This document shows, piece by piece, positions 13,455 through 27,824 of a DNA stretch of 64,000 nucleotides. Position 1 is the first letter of the stretch. Every line of letters begins with the position of its first letter. The stretch is from Eledone cirrhosa (taxonomy: Eukaryota): the NCBI GenBank assembly GCA_964016885.1, contig OZ024740.1, positions 249,240,001 through 249,304,000 of the forward strand, read 5' to 3'. The notes under the pieces were generated by a model that was not told the DNA's origin, did not search any database, and worked only from the letters and a program-made list of their open reading frames with translations. Both the position numbers and the translations under genes were made by a program.

Positions 13455-15770
13455 AGTGGTCGGACAGTATGATACAAAGGCGTCACACACATCTTCAGTA
13501 CTTTCATGGTTTAATATACCTGAAAAAAATAAATCTAGATTCACTCAATTCAATTTAGTAGACTTCTACCCTTCTATAACTCAATCCTTATTAGCCAAAG
13601 CATTAGAATTCACTAAAAATTACACTAATATATCCAATTTAGAAAAGGAAGTAATTTTACATTCCCGGAAAACTCTAGTTTTTGCCAAAATGAAACTTGG
13701 GTAAAAAAATCAAACCCAGAAAACCCTTTTGATGTCTCTATGGGTTTCTTTGACAGTGCCGATGTGTGTGATTTGGTCAACTTGTTCCTTCTACACGCAA
13801 TAAAAGAAAAATTCACAAATCATACTATTGAGTTATATCAAGACGACGGACTAGCAGTCTCTCATACCACCAATGGCCATGACCTCGACACTTTTCTTAA
13901 AGATTTAACTAAAAATTTTTCTGACCTAAATCTTAAAATTACTATAGATACTAATCTTACCAACGTAAATTTCCTTGATATAAATCTTGACTTACTGCTT
14001 CATTTAAACCTTACCATAAACCTAATGAGAATCTAAAATATATAAATAAGCAGTCATGCCACCCCGCCATAGTATTTAAAAACCTCATCCCTAATATTAG
14101 TTGTAGGATATCTACACTCTCTTCTTCTGAAGAAATATTTAATAAAGCAGCCCTTTACTATAATAAGGCCCTTTAAAATAGCGGATTCACTGAACAAATT
14201 AAATATATTTCTAACCCCTCTAAACATAATAATAGGAAAAGAAAAATAATCTGGTTCACACCACCCTTCTCTTTAGCACTCAAAACTAATGTAGGTAGAA
14301 AGTTCCTTGAATTAGTAGATAAACATTTCCCCCATCACCATAAATATAACAAAATTTTTAACAGAAACTGTGTCAAGATTAGCTATCCTTGTAGTGCTTC
14401 CATAAAATCTAAGATCACCACCGGAAAAACTGACAGAGGAATCCCAGGATGTTCATGCAGAAATGCAGGAGAATGTCCTTTTCAAAGCAAATGCAGCATC
14501 AAATCCATTGTATATGAGGCAATTATAAAGCCTATTAACACCAACCAACCTTCTGCTGGAGAAGGTTATGTGGGTATGACTCAAGATACCTTTAAAAAAA
14601 GATACTATGCACATGTCGCTTCCTTTCGACACCAGGATAAAAAGAAAACTACAGCGCCGGCAAATAGAGTGAGAGAGATGAAAGAGCATGGGATCTCATA
14701 TAAAATTGATTGGTCTATTTTAGACCAATCAAAATAATATGTTAAAGGCACAAGAAGGTGTACCTTGTAACAGAAAATTATAGAATTCTACAAAATCTGA
14801 AATCTCCCAACACCTGTCTTAACTCTAATTCTGAAATATTTAACATTTACATTACTCTATATTTATTATTGTATTTTCATGGTAAACATAATTATCTCAT
14901 ATAATATCGAATCTACGAGATTCTGATATTATTTATTTTGAGAACAATACCTTAACATAAGTATGAGTGGCCAGTTACAACTGGTTTCAACAGAAAGAGG
15001 TGAACAAATTCTGGCCGGTTATGGCCGGTTTAAATTTGCCCACAGATAAGAACACATCTCCTTTCTTGGTATCAAAATACCATTTTGGACACTTATCCAC
15101 CTTGAACACTCTTACTTTATATATCTTGGACCTTTATCACACATTCAACACTTATCTTATATTATGCCTTGAACACCCTCTCTTACTTTAAACACTCCGG
15201 ACCTTCATCACACATTCAACACTTATCTTATATTACACCCTTATTTTATATTACACCTATTTTATTCATTTCCTTTATTTTACCTTGAACACACTATCTT
15301 ATTTTATCACGAACACTTTCTCTTATTTTAAACACCATTTTTACACGTTCAACACTTATTTTATTTTATTCTATTTTACACTTATATTATTCACTTATTG
15401 ACTTCATCTTTTCCTGAACACTCTCTCTTATTTTAACCACCCTGGCCCTTTACCACATACTTTCAACACTTATTTTATTTTATATTACACCTATTTTATC
15501 CATTTCTTCATTTACTTTGACCTTGAACACTATCTCTTATTTAAAACACCCTGCACTTTTTTACATATTCAACACTTTATTTTATTTTATAATATTCAAC
15601 ACTTTATTTTACATATTCAACACTTTATTTTATTTTATTTTATTTTACACTTATATTATTCACTTATTGGCTTTATCATTTCCTCAACATTCTCCCTTTA
15701 TCACATACATTCAACACTTATTTTATACCAGTTATATTTTTATTTTTCACTCATTTACTGAGTCTTCTTA
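13455..15770 (+). mobile_element. Penelope-like element (RT plus GIY-YIG), degenerate, with AT-rich repetitive 3' region
   Basis: VDFYPSI, FDVSMGFFDSADVCDLV, LYQDDGL, VNFLDI, then CSCRNAGECPF...IVYEA...YVGMT...FKKRY. Confidence 0.88.
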
Positions 15771-16009
15771 ATCCTTAACCCACCCATATATGTATTTTTG
15801 TAGGTGACCATGTGTATGTATGCATACTATTGTATGGCCGTAAGTACGCGCTAATATATGTATGTATATGTATCTTTATGTGTGTAAATGTATGTATATG
15901 TATGTGTGCAGGTATATATGTAAAAAAATGTTTATTTATATACACATATGTATATGTATGTACGTATATGTGTATATATGCGTGTGTGTGTTTGTGTGTG
16001 TGTGGTGGC

Positions 16010-17575
16010 ATTCACCCTGGGTCGGTTGAGCCGGCTCCGTCCAACGAATTTACCATATCCTGAATGAAGGCTGACAAAGCACGACAGTTCGACGCTATCG
16101 AAGATATGAGTGTCAGCTATTCGCGGTTCCATCGCCGAACCCCACACAGGCGTGGGCCTAAGATCATCTCAGTGTCTTGCCTCACCGTCCTAAGCCATGT
16201 TTTCAGTTGGCCTCCACAACGTTTCCTCCAACCCAACAGAGGAGATGCATCAATGGCTTCGCGGATGAAGTCCCCCGGTTCTCGACGGAAAGCATGACCA
16301 AGCCAGCGAAGACGCCTCGTGAGAAGAGCTTGCTGGAGGGAGGAGATTTTACAGCATGCACGGATTGCAGAATTCGAGATGAATTGTTGCCAGCGAACAC
16401 GAAGGACAATGATGGTCGAGCACTTTCAGTTTGCGCATGTCCTCTGCTCTCAGTGGCCAGATTTCGAACCCGTATAGCAGGATTGTTCGGAGAAGCGCTT
16501 GGTAGATCCGAATTTTGGTGGTCAGTTTAATTTCATGTCTGCTCCACAGCCGAGCGTGTAGACGACAGAAGGCGAGGTGAGCGTTACCGATGCAACCATT
16601 TATATCCTCAACTCCTTGGCCTGTTGCAGTGACTATAGAACCTAGGTACTTAAAGCGATCAACCTCTTCAAGGGTTTCTCCGTCGAGGACAATCGGTTTT
16701 TTTTTCAGAGGGTAAGAAACCTGCAGTCAGCAGCTTGGTCTTCTGTGCATTCACTTTCATGCCGAATTTGGAGATGAAGAACTGCAGCTTATTGATTGCC
16801 AACTGGATGTCTGTAAAGCTTTCTCCCAGAATCACTATATTGGCAGCAAAGTCCAGGTCCAACAGCGGGAAATTATGGCCCACTGTGACACCAAGAAAGT
16901 TCATGAGCGCATGGGTGGTGATCCAATCAATAGTATAATTGAACAATGTAGGCGACAGAACACAGCCTTGTCGAACGCCAGAGCGGATGTCAAAGAACTG
17001 GGATTCTTGACCATAAGTACAGACCTTAGTGCGGGTAGAAAGATAGTAGGATTTTAGCAGAAGGTCAAGGAGTTTCAGTAGCATACCATCTGCATGCATA
17101 ACCTTCCAAAGGGCTCCACGATCGACTGAATCAAAAGCAGTGGCAAAATCTATGAAGCAGACGAGAGTCTTCTGCTGATAGCACCAGCGATGCTCAAGCA
17201 CCCGACGCAGTGTGAAAATCTGATCTGTACACCCTCGACCAGAACGAAAACCGCATTATGCGCGAATCTCGATTTTGAAATTGTTTTAGCAATATGGTAG
17301 CGAATATCTTAGCAGCAATGTCGATTAGGCTTATACCGCAGTAGTTGGTGCAACAGCGTTTATCGCCTTTCTTGAAAAACGGAAGCAGAACGGCGCCGCT
17401 CCTGTCTTGGGGAAGGCCTTCGGATTCCCAGACACGGACAATGATTTTGTGAAGGAGCAGGGCTAATATGTCGGTAGAGTGTTTAAAAATCTCAGCTGGA
17501 ATACCATCTTCTCCAGACGCCTTGTTGTTTTTTAGTTTTCAAATAGTGTCAGAGATTTCACTTATCGTCGGCGTT
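16010..17575 (-). mobile_element. RTE-clade LINE of a different family, no PHD insert seen, degenerate
   Basis: ORF 16668-17201 has FIDFATAFDSV, GVRQGCVLSPTLF, LDLDFAAN (decayed FADD) and GMKVNAQKTK. Confidence 0.85.
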
Positions 17576-19240
17576 CTCTCGGATTTTCAAGTAATATTTT
17601 ACATGTTTTTAATAATATGTCTCATTCTGTTGGACCCTTCCTAAAAACTAATCTTCTCCTAAAGTTACCCATGAAGTTGACCCAATAAGCAGTGTTTTAA
17701 ACTTCTATTTATGCCAGTCTAGAATTCAAATTCTCTGTTTTTCTCTCGGATTTTCAATTAATATTTTACACATTTTTAATAATATGTCTCATTCTGTTAG
17801 ACCCTTCTAGTATTATTATTATTAATTAATTATTCTAGAACCTTCCTTCATCTCGCTCGCTAACTTTGTAAACAGTTTGCTCCTTCTCTCATCCCCCCCC
17901 CCCCCCCCCCGTCTGATCGCAAGTATAAAATAAATCTTGCTGGGTTCCCAAGGACAGAATTTATCTATCTATCTAATCTATCTTACGGACGATCTGTCGA
18001 TTTTGAGAATGTAAGTAAAATACTTGTCTTTCCTTTTACCCGTCGTCCACTCAATAAGCAGAGTTTTAACCCTTTGACATTCGCTTTAATTTTCAAACGT
18101 CATGCTTATCTGTTCACATTATTTTGAGTTAATCATACTCAAGAGGGTTATCAATTTCATTTGTTTGTAATTTTCTTAATTTTCTATGTGCAGACTTGAA
18201 ATTTTGTCAGTAGATGTTTAAATATCAATAATTTACAATTATATAATTTTACCTAATTTTTTTGGTCAAATTTGACTTTTATGGGCAGGTGAAATTAATT
18301 AATAGGGGCATTTGAAGTATCAACCAGGTGCAAATACTGGTTTAATTTTAAATACGTTGTTTTCAGCATAATACTTGATATATAAGAATCACTAAACCTT
18401 ATATCAATGTTCCAGTAATTTCACAGTCTTGGAAATTGTTTTATACCGAACATAATATTTACAGTAAAAAATGCTTGCATTTCCGCAGCATCTGTCAGTC
18501 GCCAAACAGATCGGATTTTCCTCTTGTTGTTGGGCATATCTCTTCTGCCATAACTTTGAAGAAAGTCTGTGGTAAAAACAAAAGGAAATAATCCAGTGCT
18601 TTACTGTTGTGGAACAGTAATTTGAATAAAATCGGGAACATATGTGGTATTTTTCAACCAAGTTGCTGTAATATTTTCAATGATGCCCTGGAGTCTACTT
18701 CGTTTTCACTTTCAAAACAACAAACATCGTCGGACGAAATTTCAGAAATATAAACATCAGATTCATTTGAAGATAAATCACTAATATTATCGTTTGTTTC
18801 TTGTTTATTCTGAATCTCGTCGTGTGTAAAAACTTCAAAGTCGGTATCGCTACTTTCACAAATCATGTTAAAACAAAAAAAAAAATCTGTTGCACTTTCA
18901 AAGTTGAAAAAAAACACTTGTTTTAAGTTGTTCCACTATATTAAGTGTTGATTTTCGTGGTAAATGCCTAATCTCGCAGCAGTCTCGAATTCACGGGATT
19001 TTGATGATGGTTTGTTTATTTTTAGAACAATTTTTTAGTGTGGGCGATTTCGGGCGGTTTGAACAAATGAAGGGGAAATAATTTCAGGTGATTTGAACAT
19101 TAAACTTCTATTTATGCCACTCTAGAATTCAAATTCTCCGTTTTTCGCTCGGATTTTCAATTAATATTTTACATGTTTTTAATAATGTCTCATTCTGTTG
19201 GACCCTTCCTAAAACTAATCTTCTCCTAAAGTTACCCATT
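17575..19240 (+). repeat. Three imperfect direct copies of a unit of roughly 140-170 bp, interrupted by the piggyBac relic
   Basis: ctcggattttcaa...gtctcattctgtt(g/a)gacccttc occurs at about 17578, 17746 and 19148. Confidence 0.8.
18070..19100 (-). mobile_element. Non-autonomous piggyBac-like element
   Basis: Starts TTAA|CCCTTT and is homologous along its length to 30167-31241; the right TIR is eroded. Confidence 0.85.
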
Positions 19241-22200
19241 TCTCGCCCTCCTACCCCCACACACCACCATTGCTATATGGTCCAATCATAACTCAGTGGC
19301 TTATACTAAGTTCTCTAACAAATCAGTATAGCAAAGCAACCACCTCGGTTACTACTCCTTAAGTTTAGACCTGTTTGATGGGTGGACTGCGGAATTTGGA
19401 AAGTCTAAGCACTCAATGACAATGTCACAGATAAAGATAAATTCACCTCCCGCTGCAGGACGAGAATACAAGGACCCCTTTTTATTTTAGACATGGATGA
19501 CCAACATAATTCCGTCTCCCACACCCATCCCTGCCCCTCCAACCCATCCATCCCAACTTCAGAGTTGGTACCATGAACGTAGGCACATTGAAAGGTCGCT
19601 CAAATGAGGTTGTAGAGATGCTTGATCATAAAGAAGTTGATGTTTGTTCAAGAGACTAGGTGGAGAGGTGGGTCTGCCAGATTCATCGTGGGTAAAAAAC
19701 GATGCTATAAACTTTTCTGGGTGGGAAATGACAACAGACTGGGTGGTGTAGGAAGTATGTTAGCTGAAAAATGGGTAGATAAGGTAATTGACGTAAATAG
19801 AGTGAATGACAGAATAATTAAAATAAGACTAGTTCTAAATAGAACTACTGTGACAATAATATCCGCTTATGCACCCGAATCTGGTCTACCTAACGTTATA
19901 AAGAACAGGTTTTATGAGATGCTAATGCACACTACCTCCCAAATAACCGACAGCGACTACTTAATTATTGCTAGCAATCTAAACGGTCACGTTGGACAAC
20001 ATAGTGATGTCTATGATGGAATCCATGGAGGCTATGGGGTTGGAAATAGAAATGAGGAGAGCTTCAGAATCCTGGAATTCTGTGATGCTAATAACCTAAC
20101 TATCTGTAACACAAACTTCCTCCAGGTGGAGAAAAACTGGAACGAGGTGACGGCCAAGGTGTTTGCACTCACCCAGAAGTGGGCCGAGTGCAAACTATCC
20201 TTGAAAAGTCGAGCGAAGGTGGCGAACACTTTTATAGCGTCCGTCATCTACTCCCACTTGACAGTCGTGCCTTGTCCAGCCAAAACGCTCACCAAAATGG
20301 GGCGCGCATTCTACCAATTCCTTTGGAAGAAAGAGCTCCTTTGGTACGAAGATCCATCTGCTGCCAACACCCTTCCAAGGGAGGGCTGGGGATACCGTGG
20401 CTGACGATGTGCAAACACGCACTCAGGCTGCAGCATCTCTACGTATTCCTCACCGGACAACCGGTGTGGGCCCCGTTCGTGAGGCGAGTTTTCCCACAAC
20501 TCGTCTCGCTGACCGAGCTGCAGTCCTGGGTCAAGCAAAGACCGAGGAAAATGGGCGACTGGCACATCGAATATGCTCAGGCGCTCACAGCCCTCTGGCA
20601 GGCGGACCCGGCGATCAGTGGAGACTCCATTTCATCATTATATAGAGGGTTGATCCGCAGCAAGTGCGACGACGCGCTCGAAGAAACTCTAGGCGTTGAG
20701 GAAGACGAACTGGCCAGTCTGTTCGGTAGGACCTTCCGCCCGGGACCGATGGACAACTTCCAGAAGTCTCTGGCCTGGCAGTGCTACCGAGGAGCTCTAC
20801 CAGTTCGAGACAAGCTCTACAGACATGGGTGCCCGGGCAGGGACCCTTCGAAAAAGATGCGTGCGAGACGAAGAAACCGTCACGCACGCATTCATACACT
20901 GCCCGGGCGTTACCGACCTGTGGGGCTATGTAGAACAACTATTGTCGCGGGTTGGACCAATCCGGTTGACCACCGAGTCCATTGCCATGATCAAACCGCC
21001 ACCCTCCTTCAAAAACGAAGGAGAGGCGGTTTTCCTTTGTGTGATAGCTATGGCAAAAGAGGTTGTATGGTGGACAAGGTTAAAAGGGCTGAGGTCAGAC
21101 ACTTTTCTCTCCGGCCAACAACTGATTCTTTTTTTCAAATACCACTTTGGAAGAAGAATCAGGATGGAGAGAAAGGTGCTGTACTCCAGCAAGTTTTATG
21201 AAAGGTGGGTGAAAGTGGCGAAAATGGCCTCATTGAATGGGCCTTCTCTCTATATCAGCCTTGCCTGATGGAAGCATTGCCTAGAATCAAAAGGCCTTAA
21301 AGTTAACTGGTCTAAGACTAAAGTTCTAGTTTGTAGAAAGGAAAATAAGGCACAGGTGCCCTCAGGGAAATGGCCATGCTCAATATGTAGGAAAGGAGTA
21401 GGCAGAAATTCCATTTTATGTCCCAAATGCAAAGTATGGGTACATAAAAGATATAGTGGGATCACAGGTAAACTATCTAAGAACGTAGACTTTATATGTG
21501 GCCAATGCTCAGGTGCAATAAGTAGGAAGTGTCCACAGGATACTAGCTCCTTCTATTGCCCAGATGGTTCTATAGAAATAGTGGATACTTTCCGTTACCT
21601 GGGTGACGAAATCAGCAGTGGTGGAGGGTGTCCTGAAAGTACAGTAGCCAGAGTCAGAACGGGATGCAAAAAGTTCAGAGAGCTTATACCGCTCTTGGCC
21701 ACAAAAGGTTTCTCTCTAAAAATGAAAGGCAGATTGTATGATGCCTGTATACAAACAGCAATGCTACATGGCAGTGAGACATAGGCATTACGTGCAGAGG
21801 ACCTGCGCAGACTGGAAAGGAATGAAGCATGCATGCTCCGTTGGATGTGTAATAGTAATATACGTGAACGGCAAAGCATAGATGAACTAAGTGAGAAACT
21901 AGGAATAAGAGCGATCAGATGCTGTTTACTAGAGAGAAGACTACATTGGTATGGCCACATGATGCGCATGAAAGACGACAGCTGTATAAAAAAGTGCAGT
22001 GCGATCAAAATTGATGGCAGTTACGGAGTAGGTAGACCCAGAAAAACCTGGGACGATCTGATAAATTCCGACCTTACACACTTGCACCTTTCTAAGACAA
22101 TGTCACTGGACCGAGATCTTTGGCGCTACGCAGTAATACAGAAGACCCACCTTGCCTATGTACAAAGCAAAACCTAGTCAGTAGGCACCTCTTAACCAAA

Positions 22201-22457
22201 TATACACCCCAACCACTAGCCCTACCCTATCCTCCCACTCCCACCAACGCCACCCCCTCTCTCTGTAAAGTTGGTACCACAACATCCAGTCCAAATAAAT
22301 GAGATAATGAGATCGAGATCGTGTAGGTGTCACGACAAAAAAACAAACAGTCCACGCTGTAATGTAGCCGTGTAGGTAACATGGTAAAAAGTTCCCAGTT
22401 CCACACTGTAAATGTGGTTGGTGTTAGGAAGGGCATCCAGCTGTAGAAAACCTGCCA
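19240..22457 (+). mobile_element. RTE LINE (family B-like) whose central part is replaced by a Tx1/L1-like segment
   Basis: APE runs to ICNTNF (about 20119). RTE sequence resumes at 21269 (WKH.LESKGLKVN), then PHD-like finger, C-terminus and 3' UTR. Confidence 0.88.
20120..21268 (+). mobile_element. L1/Tx1-clade retrotransposon ORF2 C-terminal fragment
   Basis: W..KLSLKSRAKVANTFIASVIY, PSKGGLGIP, ALPVRDKL and C...EETVTHAFIHC (CCHC-type finger). GC-richer than the flanks. Confidence 0.82.
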
Positions 22458-22859
22458 GCGATAGTAGATAGACCGTTTTGGGGCCCCAGGGACCACATTT
22501 TTCAAGTTAGAGATTTGAAACCTCATCTATTTGCTTCCTTGGCACTTTTTACATAGGTGTGTAAATTTTCATGTCCGTCCGACCACGTCTACTACCATTT
22601 AACCGTGCACAACTGAATTTTGACCACCACCCATTTCAAAAATATATATTAGACTAGCTGGCCCGTCCGGCTGGCGCCCGGCTAGGTATACCTGCCCCCA
22701 CCACTCCACACCCCCTCCGGTGTCACATTGTCTTTCCAACTCTCTCTCTCTGAATAACTAACACTTTAATTGTATCTCTCTCTGTCTAACGGCCTATCTC
22801 TCTCTTTTCTCCTCCCTCTGTTTTTCTGTCTCTCTCTGTAGATGTGTGTGTGTAGGGTC

Positions 22860-23250
22860 TAATTCAGCACAGCATCTCTCCACTTGTCACGGTCCTTCGT
22901 AATCTCCACCGTGAGCTTCAGCGATCTGAGGTCTGTTCTCACCACCTCCGCCCATGTTTTTTGTGGTCTACCTCTACAACGTCTTCCTTCAACTGGCATT
23001 TTCTGGCACTTCTACATCCATCGGTCATCCTCCATGCGCATCACATGTCCATACCACCTCAGTCTCCTCTCTCGCACACTACAATCTATCCCTCTCAGAC
23101 AGTTTCTCACTCAACACATTCATGCTAGGTCGTTCACGCACATTGACATTGCACATCCAGCGGAGCATGCTTGCCTCGTTTCTCTCCAGTCGTGGCATAT
23201 CCTCTGCAGTTGCTGCCCATGTCTCACTACCATGCAGCATCGCACTCCTC
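22860..23250 (-). mobile_element. RTE LINE family C 3' coding fragment
   Basis: Reverse complement closely matches about 6280-6670. Confidence 0.88.
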
Positions 23251-23289
23251 ACGATATATGTGTGTGTGTGTGTGTATATATATATGTAT

Positions 23290-26200
23290 TTATGCCCAAA
23301 ATTCGAGGATTTTATTTAAACCTTAACCTTCTCTGCTCCCTCCTATTCTTCACCCCCCACTATATCATGCTGGTTCTCTCTCAATCCCTTCCTCTCTCTC
23401 CAAATATAAAATAAATCTTTTGCAAGTACGAAACTCAGAATTCGTCAACCCCTTTTCAGGCTAGGCTGCTCGCTCGGTGAAATGTAATGTACTAATGCTA
23501 TTTCTTCACTCTTCTCTCCATTTTTTATTCCCTGGTCCATTCATCTATCTGTATCATTTCGCCCAGAATCCAATCTTTGCTTCTTCAATGCTATTCGATA
23601 ACTTATTTTTTAAATTCCCATAATTCTTCTCTTATTACTGTTATGTATGCTTGTTAAATTATGCCCAAAATTCGAGGATTTTATTTAAACCTTCTCACTA
23701 ACTACTCCATATCCCTCCCACCCGCCCCCACTTACCACCATTATTACGTGGGCCAATCATAAGTCTGCGGCCTATGCTATCACTTAAGTTTAGACCTGGC
23801 TGCCTATCGATATGATGGATGGACTACGGAATTCTGGAGAGTTTGAAAAGAAAATATCTGGACACTCAGTGACAATGCCAAAGATAAAGACAAATTCACT
23901 TCATGCTGCCGGACAAGAATGCAAGGACTCCTCCTCTTTATTTCGGCCGCAGATGGCTAACATAACCCCATCTCCCTCACACACACACACCCCCCTGCAT
24001 CCTACTGTTCCCACCCTCGAAACGCAATCCAAAACTTCAGAGTTGGTACCATGAATGTAGGCACCTTAAAGGGTCGCTCTAACGAGGTTGTAGAAATGCT
24101 TGAACGTAAGGAGGTCGATGTTTGTTGTATTCAAGAGACCAGGTGGAAGGGAGGGTCTGTTAGATTCATCGTGGGTAAAGAACGATGCTATAAGCTTTTC
24201 TGGGTGGGAAATGACAATGGGCTGGGTGGAGTAGGAATCATGGTAGCAGAAAAGTGGGCAGATAAGATAATAGGCGTAAATAGAGTGAACGACAGAATAA
24301 TTAAAATAAGACTTGTCCTCAATAGAACTACTGTGACAATAATATCTGCATATGCACCACAAACCGGACTGCCTGGCGTTATAAAATACAGATTTTATAC
24401 CTCCCAAATAACCGACAGTGGCTACATGGGTTTGGTACTAGAAATGAGGAAGGCTCCAGAATCCTGGAATTCTGTGACGCAAATAACCTAACTATCTGTA
24501 ACACTAACTTCAAAAACCGAGACAATCACTTGATCACCTATAGTTCAGGGGAACACACCAGCCAGGTAGATTATATCCTTACCAGAAGACATGACAGAGT
24601 GTCTGTTGTAAACACTAAATCCCTCCCTCATGAAGAATGAACCTCCCAACATAGACTCATAATTAGCGACCTCATAGTCAGGACGAGACGTACTCGACAA
24701 TGGAAGAGGACTATCCTCAGGAGAAAAATATGGAAGCTAAAGGACCCCAAAGCCAGTAATAAATTTAAAAGCATATTACTTGATGCGTTTGATAGTAAGG
24801 AAGAGCAATTAGAGTCGTACAATATAGAGGAACAGTGGGTATTCCTGAAAGCTAACCTGCTGAAGGCGACAGATGAAATCTGTGGCTGGAGGAGACCTAT
24901 AGGCAGGAGGAGAGTAACATGGTGGTGGAACAGTAAGGTGGAGGAGTCAAGGCCAAAAAGCAGGCTTGGAAAGCATGGCAGGATGGGGGAAGTAGAGAAG
25001 ACTATTAAGTGGTCAGGAGGGAAGTTAGGAGTCAAGTGTACTTCGCAAGAAGGGAAGCAGAGGAAAGAAAGTTCAAGCATGTTCTACAACGCAAGGACCA
25101 AAAACGTGAGGTGTTCAGGATTGCTAGAATATGTCAAGGAAAACCATGATATTGTCGGGGAGAAGTGTATCCTTAATGAAGATGGTATACTTGCCATCAC
25201 AAACGCTGATAAGATGGTAGCTTGGAAGTGTTACTACGAAAGGCTACTAAATGAGGAGAATAAAGGAGAGAAAGACAGTCTCCCCCACATCGATCCAATA
25301 TAGGGACCAGCAGTGCAAGTTGAAGGTAGTATAAGTAAGGTGATCAAAGATATGAAGACAGGCAAGGCGGCTGGGCCTTCGGAAATGGTTGCTGAAATGC
25401 TGAAAGCATCTGGATCGGTGGGAGACACTATGGTCACCCGGATAGTAAACCAAGTAATACAGAATGGGGTCGTTCCAAACGACTGGCGTAGCAGCATCAT
25501 CATTAACTGCTATAAGGGTAAAGGAGATGCCCTAGATAAGGGAAACTATAGAGGCATTAAATTAATTGACCAGGTCATGAAGGTCACAGAAAAAGTAAAA
25601 GCGCAACTAATCAGAGAGTGAATTGATCTAGATAGAATGCAGTTCGGGTTTGTCTCAGGTAAAAGTACAACAGACGCTCTTTTCATTGTACGACAACTAC
25701 AGGAGAAGTACCTAGCTAAAAATAAACCCCTATACTTAACTTTTGTTGACTTGGAGAAAGCCTTCGACAGAGTCCCCCGTTCCATTATCTGGTGGGCTCT
25801 TAGAAAACTAGGTGTTGACGATTGGCTTGTGAGAGCTATACAAGCCATGTATAAAGAAACAGTCAGCAAGGTTAGAATTAACAACGAATATAGTGAAGAG
25901 TTTAGCGTAAAAGTTGGTGTCCATCAAGGCTCCATCCTTAGCCCCCTACTATTTAGTATTGCCCTTCAGGCTATAACAGAGGAGTTCAAGACCGGGTGCC
26001 CATGGGAACTCCTATATGCAGATGATCTAACGTTCATAGCTGAATCAATGGCTGACCTGAACTAGAGGAGAAATTCCAAACATGGAAGCATGGCCTAGAA
26101 TCACAAGGCCTTAAAATTAACCTGTCTAAGACTAAAGTTCTAGGTTGTAGCAAGGAAAATAGGGCACTGGTCCCATCTGGGAAGTGGCCATGCTCAGTGT

Positions 26201-27320
26201 GTAGGAAAGAAGTAGGCAGAAACTCCATTTTATGTCCCAAATGCAAAGTATGGGTGCATAAAAGATGTAGTGGGATCAAAGGTAAGCTAACTAAGAATAT
26301 AGATTTTATATGTGGCCGGTGCTCAGGTGCAATAAGTAGCAGCAAGTGCCCACAGAATACTAGCTCATTCCATTGCACAGATGGTTCTATAGAAATAGTG
26401 GACACCTTCCGTTACCTGGGTGACAAAATCAGCAGTGGTGGAGGGTGCTCTGAAAGTACAGTAGCTAGAGTCAGAACGGGATGGAAAAAGTTCAGAGAGC
26501 TTATACCACTATTGACCGCTAAAGGGTTCTCTCTAAAAATGAAAGGCAGGCTGTATGATGCCTGCATACGAACAGCGATGTTACATGGCAGTGAGACATG
26601 GGCATTGTGTGCAGAGGATATATGCAAACTGGAGAGGAACGAAGCTTGCATGCTCTGTAGTAAATGTAAGGGAGAAATTAGGAATAAGAGGAATCAGATG
26701 TTGTTTACTCGAGAGAAGACTACGTTGGTATGGTCACATGATGTGCATGAAAGACGACAGCTGTATAAAAATGTGCAGGGCGATAAAGATAGACGGTAGC
26801 CACGGAGTAGGCAGACACAGAAAAACCTGGGACGACTTGATAAATTCCGACCTCACACACTTACACCTCTCCAAGACAATGTCACTAGACCGAGATCTTT
26901 GGCGCTACACAGTAATACAGAAGGCCCGCCTTGCCTAAGTACAAAGCGAAACTTAGTCAGTAGGCACCTCTAACAAAAATACACCCCCATCCCACCACCC
27001 TCACCCCATCCACACCACCCCTTTCGATGTAAAGTTATGTTGGTACCACAACATCCAGTCCGAAACAAATGAGGTCGTGTAGGTGTCACGACAAAAAAAA
27101 ACACAGTCCACGCTGTAATGTGGCCGTGTAGGTAACACGGTAAAAACCTCCCAGTCCACACTGTAAACGTTGTTGGTGTTAGGAAGGGCATCCAGCCGAG
27201 AAAACCCGCCAGACAGTCCTATACGAGCAAGACAACCAATCTTGCCTCAAGTGGGAAAATTCCCATCCAAACCTATGCAAGCGTGGTAAACAATGATGAT
27301 GATGATGATGATGATGATAT
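23290..27320 (+). mobile_element. RTE LINE family B, full-length but with stops and frameshifts
   Basis: 5' region, APE (24051), RT (QFGF, DLEKAFD, YADD), PHD-like finger, C-terminus, 3' UTR and (TGA)n tail. Confidence 0.93.
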
Positions 27321-27527
27321 ACATATCTTCCACTTATATGTGAATGTGTGTATGTGTGTGTATATACACATATGCTTTTTTATATATTGCAATATATTTT
27401 TATATATTATTTTTCTTACTCCTTTTTTTATATATATTTTTTCCTATGTATATTTCCCGTTATTTTTCCAGCATCACTTTTTTCAAAATGGCAGAGACAT
27501 ACAATACAATAGGAGGAAACGTAATAG

Positions 27528-27571
27528 TACCACTGATGATATTGCAGATGTGCAACGAAAGAACTTTGATA
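27528..27571 (+). ncRNA. Type I hammerhead motif, partly decayed, in a solo PLE pseudo-LTR-like segment (about 27480-27760)
   Basis: tacca CTGATGA ta TTGCA gatg TGCAA c GAAA gaac TT tgata. Downstream atgaccctccccaagtataacaata resembles the pseudo-LTR end at about 10130-10160. Confidence 0.65.
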
Positions 27572-27764
27572 GACTATATATATTTATATCTGTATTTTTA
27601 ACCACTGCTCAATCAATGATAAACATTGATTGCCAAGTAAATTAATTAACTATGGAGATATAAAAGATACAGAAGCAAAAACCAACCAAACAGTGAGTGT
27701 GTTCTGTTATATTTCTGGCAATATTACAACAATATGACCCTCCCCAAGTATAACAATAAATATA

Positions 27765-27820
<56 letters not shown>

Positions 27821-27824
27821 TATA

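Noticed and set aside
22654-22690. Helitron-like 3' end (CTAG plus GC hairpin) on the minus strand
   Set aside because: No matching 5' end or body identified; too short to call.
23700-23830. HDV-like ribozyme in the RTE 5' UTR
   Set aside because: Known for some RTEs, but I could not build the nested double pseudoknot by eye; needs a descriptor search.
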